Source: Patescibacteria group bacterium (GTDB taxonomy: Bacteria > Patescibacteriota > Microgenomatia > UBA12405). Taken from it: DNA of 64,000 nucleotides. The translations under genes were made by a program, and so were the position numbers. The notes beneath the pieces were generated by a model. That model searched no databases. It was not told where the DNA came from and saw nothing but the letters and a program-made list of their open reading frames with translations. Where the stretch lies: contig JAHIPV010000013.1 of the NCBI GenBank assembly GCA_018902845.1, forward strand, positions 18,766-82,765, given 5' to 3'. Below are positions 1-7,851 of this stretch, in pieces. The stretch's first letter is position 1. Each line of letters starts with the position of its first letter.

Positions 1-2
1 AA

Positions 3-281
3 TCTTTTGCCGTTAATGTTTCCCCAGAAAGCTTTGAAGCTGGTGCCATGTGTCTTCGTGCCACTCAGCCACCGCCAGCCACAGTTCAACCAACAGCCAC
101 AGTTCCGGCCCAAATGCCTGTTACCGCCCAACCGACGGCTACAATTCCGGCCCAAATGCCAGTTCAGACACCGGCACCTGTTGTTAACCAAACTCCAATT
201 AGCGCAGTTGAAAAAACCGGTAGTTTTGCCCCAGGCACCAAACCCGGCCAAAACAAACCCAATCCGGTAGGAATGAGTTAA
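3..281 (+). CDS. 3' end of a gene for a Pro/Thr/Ala/Gln-rich low-complexity protein (5' end outside window)
   Basis: Frame of ORF 48..281 stays open back to base 3. It encodes an imperfect tandem repeat (PTATVPAQMPV x2, mirrored by nucleotide direct repeats near 60-180). Stop at 279-281. Confidence 0.3.
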   Translation, partial: SFAVNVSPESFEAGAMCLRATQPPPATVQPTATVPAQMPVTAQPTATIPAQMPVQTPAPVVNQTPISAVEKTGSFAPGTKPGQNKPNPVGMS

Positions 282-385
282 TAAATTAATTTTTTTCTGT
301 GTTATACTACTCCCATACTATTAAGTCAGTTTTTGTGGGCGCCACCCCACAGCCTTATGTCATTCTGAACGAAGTGAAGAATCTA

Positions 386-407
386 GGCACGAAGTGCCGT
401 TTTTTTT
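386..407 (+). terminator. Candidate intrinsic terminator (hairpin ggcac-gaa-gtgcc followed by T8)
   Basis: 5-bp GC stem with a 3-nt loop at 386-398, directly followed by gtttttttt (400-408). A second hairpin tgtggg-cgccac-cccaca lies at 334-351. Confidence 0.4.
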
Positions 408-469
408 ACATTAAGTTCTAAATAACATATACATTTTATTATTTTTTAACTGATAAATAGTTGTAAACT

Positions 470-739
470 ATGGCACTAAGCACAGAAGAAAAACAAGAAA
501 TAATTGTAAAATTCGCCCAAGTTAAAGGTGATACCGGTTCTCCCGAAATCCAGATTGCGCTCTTATCTTTTGAGATTGAAAAACTACAAAAGCATTTGGG
601 AGAAAACAAACATGATTATCCCGGTAAAAGAGGGTTATTAACCAAAATTGCCAAAAGACGCAGACTACTCCGTTACTTAACCAAGCACGAAGTGGAAAGA
701 TACAAAAAACTAATCAAGAAATTAGGTTTAAAGAAATAA
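470..739 (+). CDS. rpsO: 30S ribosomal protein S15
   Basis: 89 aa with typical S15 sequence (GDTGSPEIQIALLSFEIEKLQKHL..RRRLLRYL). Confidence 0.95.
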   Translation: MALSTEEKQEIIVKFAQVKGDTGSPEIQIALLSFEIEKLQKHLGENKHDYPGKRGLLTKIAKRRRLLRYLTKHEVERYKKLIKKLGLKK

Positions 740-846
740 TTTCAGTACTAACTTGGTTCTGATTTACGCCAACACCAGATTCTTCGTTTACACTTAGGAT
801 GACGCTATAATCTAAACAGTCATTAAAAAATATAATTTAAAAAACA

Positions 847-3102
847 ATGAAAACACACAAGAAAGAAATAAAAATAGAAAACAAAACAATTACCATTGAA
901 AGCGGTAAACTAGCTCCTCAAGCCAACGCCTCTGTCACGGCCACTATGGGCAAAACAGTTGTTTTGGCCACGGTTGTTATGGGTTCGGTTGACGAGCACA
1001 AAGATTATTTTCCCCTTTCTGTTCAACTAGTAAACAGACTTTATGCCGGAGGCGTGGTAAAAGGCAGTCGTTGGATCAAAAGAGACATGTATGCTTCAGA
1101 TAATGACACTTTATCAGCCAGGATTATAGACAGAAGCATCAGACCTCTTTTTCCCCAAGGCTTCAAAAACGATATTCAAGTCGTTGTAACCGTTTTAAGC
1201 AATGACAAGGAAACTGATTTTGTTATTCCCGCTTTTATGGCAGTTTCTACTGCTCTTTTGATATCAGATATTCCATTCAACGGTCCGGTTTCAGCCATAA
1301 GAATTTTTAAAGACAAAGATAAGCTTCTCTCTTGTCCGTCTGTAATTCAACTAGACCAGTCGGATTTGGATCTAATAGTTTGTACTGGCCCCGCCGGTGT
1401 TAACATGATCGAGGCCGGTGCCAAAATTGTTGATAACAAAACCATGCTTGGCGCCATTAAACTTGCCAAAAATCTTGGTGAAAATATAAACAAGCAATTA
1501 GTAGAATTCGCCCAACCAATTGCCAAGAAAAAAGCCGAATTCATCCCAGTCTTACCTTCAGAAGACTTAATTAAGCAAATCACTCCTATTCTAAAAAAAG
1601 ATATAAATGATTTCTTTGACAATGGCGGAGATATCAATTCTTTTTCAGCTAAACAAAAAATTATTGACAAGGCCAAAGAAACTTATCTGGACAAAATCAA
1701 ATCAGGAGAAGTTAATGAAAATTTGCTTGTTCATGCAGTCGAGCATCTACTTGAAAAACAGCTTAGAGTAAATGTATTTAACGGTAAACGCTTCGATTCT
1801 CGTCAAGCAGATAAAATTAGGCCATTGGAGATTGACACCTCTATTTTGCCCTGTACTCACGGTTCCGCTATGTTTAAGCGTGGTTTGACCCAGGTTGTTA
1901 CCGTCAGTACCTTAAGTCCATTGTCGGAAAAACTCCACATGGAAGATTCCGGCGGTGAAGGTACAAAACGTTACATGCACTATTATTCAGCCATGCCCTT
2001 TTCAACCGGCCAAACCGGTAGAATTGGCCGTCCTGGTCGCAGAGAAGTTGGTCATGGAGCCTTGGCCGAAAAAGCTTTACTACCAGTCATACCCTCTGAG
2101 GAAGAATTTCCTTATACCATAATCTTAACCTCAGAAATAATGTCACAAAACGGATCTTCTTCTATGGCTTCCACCTGTGGCTCTACCATGTCATTGATGG
2201 ATGCTGGTGTTCCAATAAAAGATAAAGTTGCTGGAATTTCTATTGGAATGATTAGTAATGGAGATAAAAAATTCACTCTTTTAACAGACATTGCCGGAAT
2301 TGAAGACCATTTTGGTGATATGGATTTTAAGATTACCGGTACAAAAACAGGCATTACCGCTATTCAGCTTGATATCAAAAGACAAGGCTTAACAATGGAA
2401 ATGATCGAAAAAACCTTTGAAGCCAGTACAAAAGCCAGGCTTGAAATTCTAAAACAAATGGAAGCAGTTTTGTCAGAACCAAGAAAGGAGTTGTCTGTTT
2501 ATGCTCCCAAGGTTGCCATGCTCAAAATTCCAGAAGACAAAATTGGAGATGTTATTGGTTCAGCCGGTAAAACAATCAAAGGCTTAATGAAAAAATATGG
2601 CGTTCAAGTGGATATAGATGATGATGGTATTGCCTCTGTTTCTTCTGATTCTTTCGACAAAACCAACCAATGTATTAAGGAAATCGAGGCCATGATTAAA
2701 GAAGTTGAGATTGGCGAAGAATACGATGGCATAGTTACTCGAATAGAGGATTATGGTGCTTTTGTTGAATTTTTACCCGGAAGAGAAGCCTTATTGCATG
2801 TTTCTGAATTGAGCCAAGGTTTTGTTTCTGATCCAAACGCTTTAGTAAAAATTGGAGATAAAATTCATATTAAAATAAGCGGGTTTAATGATAATCATCA
2901 GATTAAACTATCAGCTCCCCAGTTTAAAGCAGCTCACCCAGGATCCAGCCAGGGATTAAGTCAGCCTCACGGCCGTTTTAGTGGAAGAACTATTCCTGAT
3001 CAACAATCAAAATTTTTTCCACCAACCAATAAATCCAATTTTAGGAAACCGCCCCTTCGGTCCAACACCAACCGCATTCAATACAAAAATAATAAGTATT
3101 AA
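847..3102 (+). CDS. pnp: Polynucleotide phosphorylase / polyribonucleotide nucleotidyltransferase
   Basis: 751 aa with two RNase PH-like domains, FGDMDFK-type motif, KH and S1 domains at the C-terminus. Conserved rpsO-pnp synteny. Confidence 0.95.
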   Translation: MKTHKKEIKIENKTITIESGKLAPQANASVTATMGKTVVLATVVMGSVDEHKDYFPLSVQLVNRLYAGGVVKGSRWIKRDMYASDNDTLSARIIDRSIRPLFPQGFKNDIQVVVTVLSNDKETDFVIPAFMAVSTALLISDIPFNGPVSAIRIFKDKDKLLSCPSVIQLDQSDLDLIVCTGPAGVNMIEAGAKIVDNKTMLGAIKLAKNLGENINKQLVEFAQPIAKKKAEFIPVLPSEDLIKQITPILKKDINDFFDNGGDINSFSAKQKIIDKAKETYLDKIKSGEVNENLLVHAVEHLLEKQLRVNVFNGKRFDSRQADKIRPLEIDTSILPCTHGSAMFKRGLTQVVTVSTLSPLSEKLHMEDSGGEGTKRYMHYYSAMPFSTGQTGRIGRPGRREVGHGALAEKALLPVIPSEEEFPYTIILTSEIMSQNGSSSMASTCGSTMSLMDAGVPIKDKVAGISIGMISNGDKKFTLLTDIAGIEDHFGDMDFKITGTKTGITAIQLDIKRQGLTMEMIEKTFEASTKARLEILKQMEAVLSEPRKELSVYAPKVAMLKIPEDKIGDVIGSAGKTIKGLMKKYGVQVDIDDDGIASVSSDSFDKTNQCIKEIEAMIKEVEIGEEYDGIVTRIEDYGAFVEFLPGREALLHVSELSQGFVSDPNALVKIGDKIHIKISGFNDNHQIKLSAPQFKAAHPGSSQGLSQPHGRFSGRTIPDQQSKFFPPTNKSNFRKPPLRSNTNRIQYKNNKY

Positions 3103-3103
3103 T

Positions 3104-3154
3104 GTCATCCCGAGCGTAGTCCTTTTGTCATCCCGAGCGTAGCCGAGGGATCTC
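3104..3154. repeat. Dispersed repeat family A, two tandem copies (gtcatcccgagcgtag.. x2) plus hairpin ctcgc-gaat-gcgag
   Basis: gtcatcccgagcgtagtccttttgtcatcccgagcgtagccgagggatctc; same core as copies at 359, 42227, 46392, 49318, 50457, 53293, 54450. Confidence 0.7.
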
Positions 3155-3182
3155 TCGCGAATGCGAGGTATCCGCCTCGTCT

Positions 3183-3210
3183 TTGACAAATCTATCCTGT
3201 AGTATATAAT
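3183..3210 (+). promoter_or_regulatory. Near-consensus sigma70 promoter TTGACA-N16-TATAAT, 6 nt upstream of ATG 3217 (leaderless arrangement)
   Basis: TTGACA 3183-3188, TATAAT 3205-3210, ATG at 3217. Confidence 0.5.
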
Positions 3211-3216
3211 ATTCCT

Positions 3217-3705
3217 ATGCCTACTGGAAAATTTAATGAAGGAAACTGTGTTTTTAGAGCCTTGGAAAATATTTATGAAAATGCGGGACACAACATGGAG
3301 CCAAGAAGTAGTATGCGAACTATCTTAATTCAGGTTTGTCAAAGAAATGTAGGCCCAAATGGCGGTGTCTCAGCGGGGAACGTTACAGTAGAACTTTCAG
3401 AACAAGGATTGACGGTTGGGCCGGTATATGTTCGAGAGTATAAACCCGAAAAACGAAAATGCAAAAAAACAATAGCCCTACAATTACGCCAAGATTTAGC
3501 CAAAGGAGCTCACTTGATGATTACACTAGTACACCCCAAAGGTCCAGTGGGACACGCAGAGCCATTATTTCCATCTGGTGGTCTACTGCCTAGAGATAAA
3601 AGAGAAACAATAAGAATGGCGGCCATGTCACTTAGAAAATATGGAGGTGAAGCACTTTCTTTTCGTCCAATCCAACCCGAAAAAGGAGAAAAGAAGAAAA
3701 GATAA
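3217..3705 (+). CDS. Hypothetical protein (162 aa, Gly/Pro/Arg/Lys-rich), slightly higher GC than surroundings
   Basis: Intact ORF preceded by a consensus promoter. No family recognised. Composition differs from flanking genes. Confidence 0.4.
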   Translation: MPTGKFNEGNCVFRALENIYENAGHNMEPRSSMRTILIQVCQRNVGPNGGVSAGNVTVELSEQGLTVGPVYVREYKPEKRKCKKTIALQLRQDLAKGAHLMITLVHPKGPVGHAEPLFPSGGLLPRDKRETIRMAAMSLRKYGGEALSFRPIQPEKGEKKKR

Positions 3706-3726
3706 AAATAAGCTATACTTTTCTTA

Positions 3727-4788
3727 ATGCCTACTACTAACTCCGAAATAACTCAAGCCATAGAAACACTAGTTGCCAAAACAAAAAGCATCAGGCTCCC
3801 CGACGAGTTACAGAACAAATTAAACGAAATTTTTTCTCACTTAAAAATTTCTTCCAAATCAGAAGACACTTTTTGGCAAAATTATCAAAAAACCTCCAAA
3901 TACATTGAGTGGATTATTGGCCTCCCTTGGTTTAAAGAATCTCAGGATATATTGGATCTTGATTATGCCAGAGAAAAACTTGATGAAAGCCATTACGGCC
4001 TTTCTGAAGTCAAAGAAAGAATACTGGAGCATATTTCTGTTTTGGCTTTGCAAAAAAACCGCCATCCCGATCAAAATCTTCGAGCCCCAATTTTACTTTT
4101 TGTCGGTTTGGTCGGTACAGGCAAAACCACCATGGCTAAGTCCATCGCCACTGTTTTTAACAGAAAATTAATCCGTATTCCCTTTGGAGGCCTTGGAGAT
4201 CCCCTTTACTTAAGGGGCCAATCGCGAGTTCATCCAGAAGCAGAACCAGGCCAAATCATAAAAGGATTAAGAAACGTTGGTGTCAAAAATCCGGTTATTC
4301 TTTTAGACGAAATCGACCGTGTTGCCGACGACGCCTTAAATACCATCATGGGGGTTTTGGTTGAGTTGTTGGATCCTGAACAAAATAGCCGTTTTTCAGA
4401 TCATTTTATTGAATATCCCTTTGATTTATCTCAGGTCTTTTTTGTTGCCACTTGCAATAACACAAAAAGAATTGCCACTGCCGTTTTGGACAGATTAGAA
4501 GTAATTCAAATGCCTTCTTACACTGATGAAGAAAAAATTGCCATTGGTCGCGATTATCTCTTCCCATCTGCCCTTAAAGAATCTGGTCTGAGTAATGATG
4601 AATTGCAAATAAAAGATGCTATCTGGCCTCAAGTGGTTCGCCCTCTTGGCTTTGATGCCGGAGTCAGAACCCTAAAAAGAAACATAGAACGCCTTTGCCA
4701 AAAAACCGCTCGTCTTATATTTGAAGGTAAAATTAAGTCGTTGGTAGTAGATGAATCTAATGTCAAGGAATTCCTACCCAAATGGTAA
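3727..4788 (+). CDS. Lon-family AAA+ ATPase module only (no N-terminal LAN domain, no C-terminal S16 peptidase domain)
   Basis: Matches Lon from the ILDEDHYGL(E/S)xVKERILE segment through Walker A (GLVGTGKTT), Walker B (ILLDEIDR), VLELLDPEQNSRFSDHF, sensor-1 (VATCNN), LDRLEVIQMPSYTDEEK and the GVR sensor-2. ORF ends at the Lon ATPase/protease boundary. Confidence 0.8.
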   Translation: MPTTNSEITQAIETLVAKTKSIRLPDELQNKLNEIFSHLKISSKSEDTFWQNYQKTSKYIEWIIGLPWFKESQDILDLDYAREKLDESHYGLSEVKERILEHISVLALQKNRHPDQNLRAPILLFVGLVGTGKTTMAKSIATVFNRKLIRIPFGGLGDPLYLRGQSRVHPEAEPGQIIKGLRNVGVKNPVILLDEIDRVADDALNTIMGVLVELLDPEQNSRFSDHFIEYPFDLSQVFFVATCNNTKRIATAVLDRLEVIQMPSYTDEEKIAIGRDYLFPSALKESGLSNDELQIKDAIWPQVVRPLGFDAGVRTLKRNIERLCQKTARLIFEGKIKSLVVDESNVKEFLPKW

Positions 4789-4795
4789 AAAATCT

Positions 4796-5368
4796 ATGTC
4801 CGCCAAAGCTCAAAAACTAAAATATATAGAAAAGCTGATTTCACAATGCCAAAAATGCCAGCTTTACAAAACTGCCACCAACCACGTTCCCGGGTTTGGC
4901 AATCCGGAAGCTGAAATAGTTTTTATTGGTGAAGCTCCTGGCTATCACGAGGATCAGCAGGGTTTGCCTTTTGTTGGCAATTCGGGAAAACTTCTAGATA
5001 AATTATTAGCCAAAATCGGTTTAGTCAGACAAGATGTTTTTGTTTGTAACATTTTAAAACATCGACCGCCCAACAATCGCGATCCGCAACCGCTGGAAAT
5101 TAAAACTTGCACTCCTTTTTTAAAAGCTCAACTGCAAATTATCCGGCCAAAGGTTATAATAACTCTAGGCAGATTTGCCATGAATTACTTTTTTCCGGGC
5201 GAATATATCAGTAAAATAAAAGGCCAGATTAAAAAAATTGATTGGAATAAACTCAAATTAACCATTATTCCTGTTTATCATCCATCAGCCGGTCTCAGAA
5301 ACGGTGCCATGCTCCAGGCCTTAGAGCAGGATTTTCAAACCATTGGCAAATTTTTAGGAAAAATATAA
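4796..5368 (+). CDS. Uracil-DNA glycosylase, family 4
   Basis: CQKCQLY.. N-terminal Cys cluster, GEAPGYHEDQQGLPFVGNSGKLLDKLL, HRPPNNRDP and VYHPSAGL motifs typical of family-4 UDG. Start taken at ATG 4796 to avoid overlap with the upstream gene. Confidence 0.85.
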   Translation: MSAKAQKLKYIEKLISQCQKCQLYKTATNHVPGFGNPEAEIVFIGEAPGYHEDQQGLPFVGNSGKLLDKLLAKIGLVRQDVFVCNILKHRPPNNRDPQPLEIKTCTPFLKAQLQIIRPKVIITLGRFAMNYFFPGEYISKIKGQIKKIDWNKLKLTIIPVYHPSAGLRNGAMLQALEQDFQTIGKFLGKI

Positions 5369-5381
5369 TATTATTAATCAT

Positions 5382-7160
5382 ATGCAAAATATAAAAAATA
5401 CAATAAACACAAATACACAGCCTAATCAAAGGCCACAAACCAAATTTACTCAAACTTTTAGACCAAAAACAGTTCAGAACTCTGATGCACTCAGAATTAC
5501 TTCTCTGGGTGGTTTTGGCGATGTCACTCAAAATATGTTTGTCTACGAATACGCCCCCAGGGGCGATTTTAAAAAAAGTCAAATAATTATCGTTGATTGT
5601 GGAGTTGGTTTCCCCGAAGAAGACGAGTTTGGTGTAGATCTCCAAATTCCTGATACCAAATATCTGGAAGATAAAAAAAACAGGATACTTGGTATTTTTA
5701 TTACTCACGGTCACGAAGATCATATTGGCGCTCTCCGTTTTATTCTTCCCGTCCTTGGAAAAAACATCCCTATTTACGCTCCAAGATTGGCAACCGCGTT
5801 TATACAGGCTAGATTACAAGAACATGAAATTAGGGCCAAAATACAAATCTATCAAGACAATATGCCCATGAAAGCTGGCCCCTTTTTAGTCGATCCGATT
5901 AGAGTTACTCACTCGATTCCCGATACTTTTCATTTTGCCATTAGTACTCCCATCGGTCTCATTTACCATGGATCCGATTTTAAATTCGACCTTTTTCCGC
6001 TAGATGGCAAGTATTCCGATCTTCGTCATATCGCCCGTGTTGGCAACAACAGCAACGTTCTGTGTCTTTTGTCGGATTGTCTTGGTGCTGATCACCCGGG
6101 TTATTCGCCATCCGAAAGAACCATAGCACAAAACTTTGAAAATGAGATCAAGACCGCCAAGGGTAGGGTATTTGTCACTGCTATCTCAAGCAACATTGTT
6201 CGTTGGGGTCAAGCTATAGAATATGGCAAAAGAGCCGGTCGTAAAATAGTTACCGTTGGTTTTTCTGTTGATAGGGCCATTAGTGTGGCACAAGAGCTTG
6301 GTTATATCAAACTTAACAAGTCAGATATTGTCCCCATAAACAGAATCAAAAATTTTCCCGAGAATCAACTAATCTTTTTGGCTGCTGGATTCGCTGGTCA
6401 ATCCAATTCTGCCTTAAGTAAGATGGTTATGGGAAAGCACAGAATAAAAATTAAATCCAGTGACAAAATTATTTTTTCTGCCCCTGATTATATCCCTGGC
6501 ACCTCCAGTGCTATTTTAAAGATAGTTGACCACCTTTCTAAAATGGGAGCAGAAGTAGTTTATGGGGAGGGAGAAAATATGCATGTTTCTGGTCACGGCT
6601 ATCAAAAAGAATATGCCCTGTTAGCAACCCTTCTCAACTCTAGATACTTGCTTCCAATTGGTGGAAATTACCGCCATGTCAGGGCCTATCAAGGCATGGC
6701 TCTAGATATCGGTTATTCCGCCGATCAATTTATTTCGCCAGATTCAGATGCATCGGTCACTTTTTACGCCAACGGAAAATACGATACCAACCATCACATT
6801 TCTTCAAGAAAAATACTCATCGACGGATTCGGCGTCGGCGATGTTGGAACTACAGTTCTTCGGGATAGACGGCTTTTGGCAGAAGACGGCATGCTTTCTG
6901 TGGTGCTTCTAGTTGATACAAAATCAGCCAGAATGATCAAAGAGCCTTTAGTTTTAAGCAAAGGCTTTGTCTTTATGAAAGAAAACACTCCTCTTATAAA
7001 TCAGCTTAAGCAGGAAGTAAAAAAGAAATTCTCGCAGGTAGCTGGCGATCCCATCAATCTGGATTATGTTCGCGAACAAATCCAAGGCCATTTGGAACAA
7101 ATTGTCTACAAAAAAACCGGCCGTCAGCCCATGATCCTGCCCTTGCTAGTTGAGGTATAA
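5382..7160 (+). CDS. rnj: Ribonuclease J (metallo-beta-lactamase / beta-CASP RNase)
   Basis: ITHGHEDHIGAL motif, beta-CASP region and C-terminal domain. 592 aa. Confidence 0.9.
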   Translation: MQNIKNTINTNTQPNQRPQTKFTQTFRPKTVQNSDALRITSLGGFGDVTQNMFVYEYAPRGDFKKSQIIIVDCGVGFPEEDEFGVDLQIPDTKYLEDKKNRILGIFITHGHEDHIGALRFILPVLGKNIPIYAPRLATAFIQARLQEHEIRAKIQIYQDNMPMKAGPFLVDPIRVTHSIPDTFHFAISTPIGLIYHGSDFKFDLFPLDGKYSDLRHIARVGNNSNVLCLLSDCLGADHPGYSPSERTIAQNFENEIKTAKGRVFVTAISSNIVRWGQAIEYGKRAGRKIVTVGFSVDRAISVAQELGYIKLNKSDIVPINRIKNFPENQLIFLAAGFAGQSNSALSKMVMGKHRIKIKSSDKIIFSAPDYIPGTSSAILKIVDHLSKMGAEVVYGEGENMHVSGHGYQKEYALLATLLNSRYLLPIGGNYRHVRAYQGMALDIGYSADQFISPDSDASVTFYANGKYDTNHHISSRKILIDGFGVGDVGTTVLRDRRLLAEDGMLSVVLLVDTKSARMIKEPLVLSKGFVFMKENTPLINQLKQEVKKKFSQVAGDPINLDYVREQIQGHLEQIVYKKTGRQPMILPLLVEV

Positions 7161-7175
7161 AATTCCCAAAAAGTA

Positions 7176-7204
7176 TTGACAATGTTATCTAAACACACTA
7201 CAAT
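7176..7204 (+). promoter_or_regulatory. Consensus sigma70 promoter TTGACA-N17-TACAAT, 6 nt upstream of the antitoxin ATG
   Basis: TTGACA 7176-7181, 17-nt spacer, TACAAT 7199-7204, ATG at 7211. Confidence 0.6.
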
Positions 7205-7210
7205 ATATAC

Positions 7211-7528
7211 ATGCTGTCAACACAAAGTACCAAAAAACAAACAGATTACCTGCAAGTTCGTCTTGATTCTAAGTTAAAACATGAAGTTACTGATATCCTT
7301 TACCAGCTCGGCATGACACCTTCTCAAGCGGTAAAAATTTTGTTTAGCCAAATTAGCATGCAAAAAGCCCTCCCTCTTGATATTTCAATCCCAACTGAAA
7401 GAATAGAAATACTTTCAGACAAAACAGTAAAAGAAGTGGGGCAAGCTTTAAAAGAAATAGGAGAAGGCGAATATACAGAGATTGACATGAGTGATAAGAA
7501 ACAAGTTAAGAAATTTTTTGGTCTTTAA
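7211..7528 (+). CDS. Type II antitoxin, RelB/DinJ family
   Basis: 105 aa. LQVRLDSKLKHEVTDILYQLGMTPSQAVKILFSQISMQKALPLDISIP matches the DinJ/RelB ribbon-helix-helix antitoxin pattern. 1-nt overlap with the downstream toxin. Confidence 0.7.
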   Translation: MLSTQSTKKQTDYLQVRLDSKLKHEVTDILYQLGMTPSQAVKILFSQISMQKALPLDISIPTERIEILSDKTVKEVGQALKEIGEGEYTEIDMSDKKQVKKFFGL

Positions 7529-7830
7529 TGTTGACATTAAAACATAATCTTCGATTTACAAAGACCTATATCAGGAAATACAAAAAACTAACTAAAAACA
7601 ATAAAAAACTCAAGAAACAAATTTCTAAAACCTTAGAATTACTGTCCTCTGATCCCCGAAATCCAAGCCTAAAATCACACAAAGTATATGCAAAAGAATT
7701 TGGTTTAAGATTGAGTTCTTCGGTCTCAGCAGATCTAAGAGTAATCTGGGATTATGATCAAAACAGTCAATTGATTATTTTGATACTAACCATCGGTACT
7801 CACTCAGGCAAAAATAGGGTCTACAATTAG
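7528..7830 (+). CDS. Type II toxin, RelE/YafQ family mRNA interferase
   Basis: 100 aa with a basic N-terminus. C-terminal ..LRVIWDYDQNSQLIILILTIGTHS resembles the RelE/YafQ ..wrliY..d....l.l.rtGtHs signature. Confidence 0.7.
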   Translation: MLTLKHNLRFTKTYIRKYKKLTKNNKKLKKQISKTLELLSSDPRNPSLKSHKVYAKEFGLRLSSSVSADLRVIWDYDQNSQLIILILTIGTHSGKNRVYN

Positions 7831-7851
7831 TAATTGAGGTATAATTACTCC

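Noticed and set aside
3100-3720. Possible tmRNA / RNase P RNA / SRP RNA hidden in the GC-richer patch after pnp
   Set aside because: None of the conserved motifs could be found by eye on either strand: no GGAAAGTCC/ACAGAA..CCGGCTTA for RNase P, no GGTTCGA-type T-loop plus tag ORF ending ..LAA for tmRNA, no GGAAGGAAGCAGC for SRP. A complete ORF with a consensus promoter is present. The question is kept open in the findings, but no RNA gene is called.
5295-5723. 142-aa minus-strand ORF
   Set aside because: Lies entirely antisense inside the well-supported UDG/RNase J genes, with low-complexity, AT-codon-driven translation. Considered spurious, as are the many other 60-120 aa antisense ORFs inside rpoB, rpoC, fusA, tuf, secY and other genes in the track.
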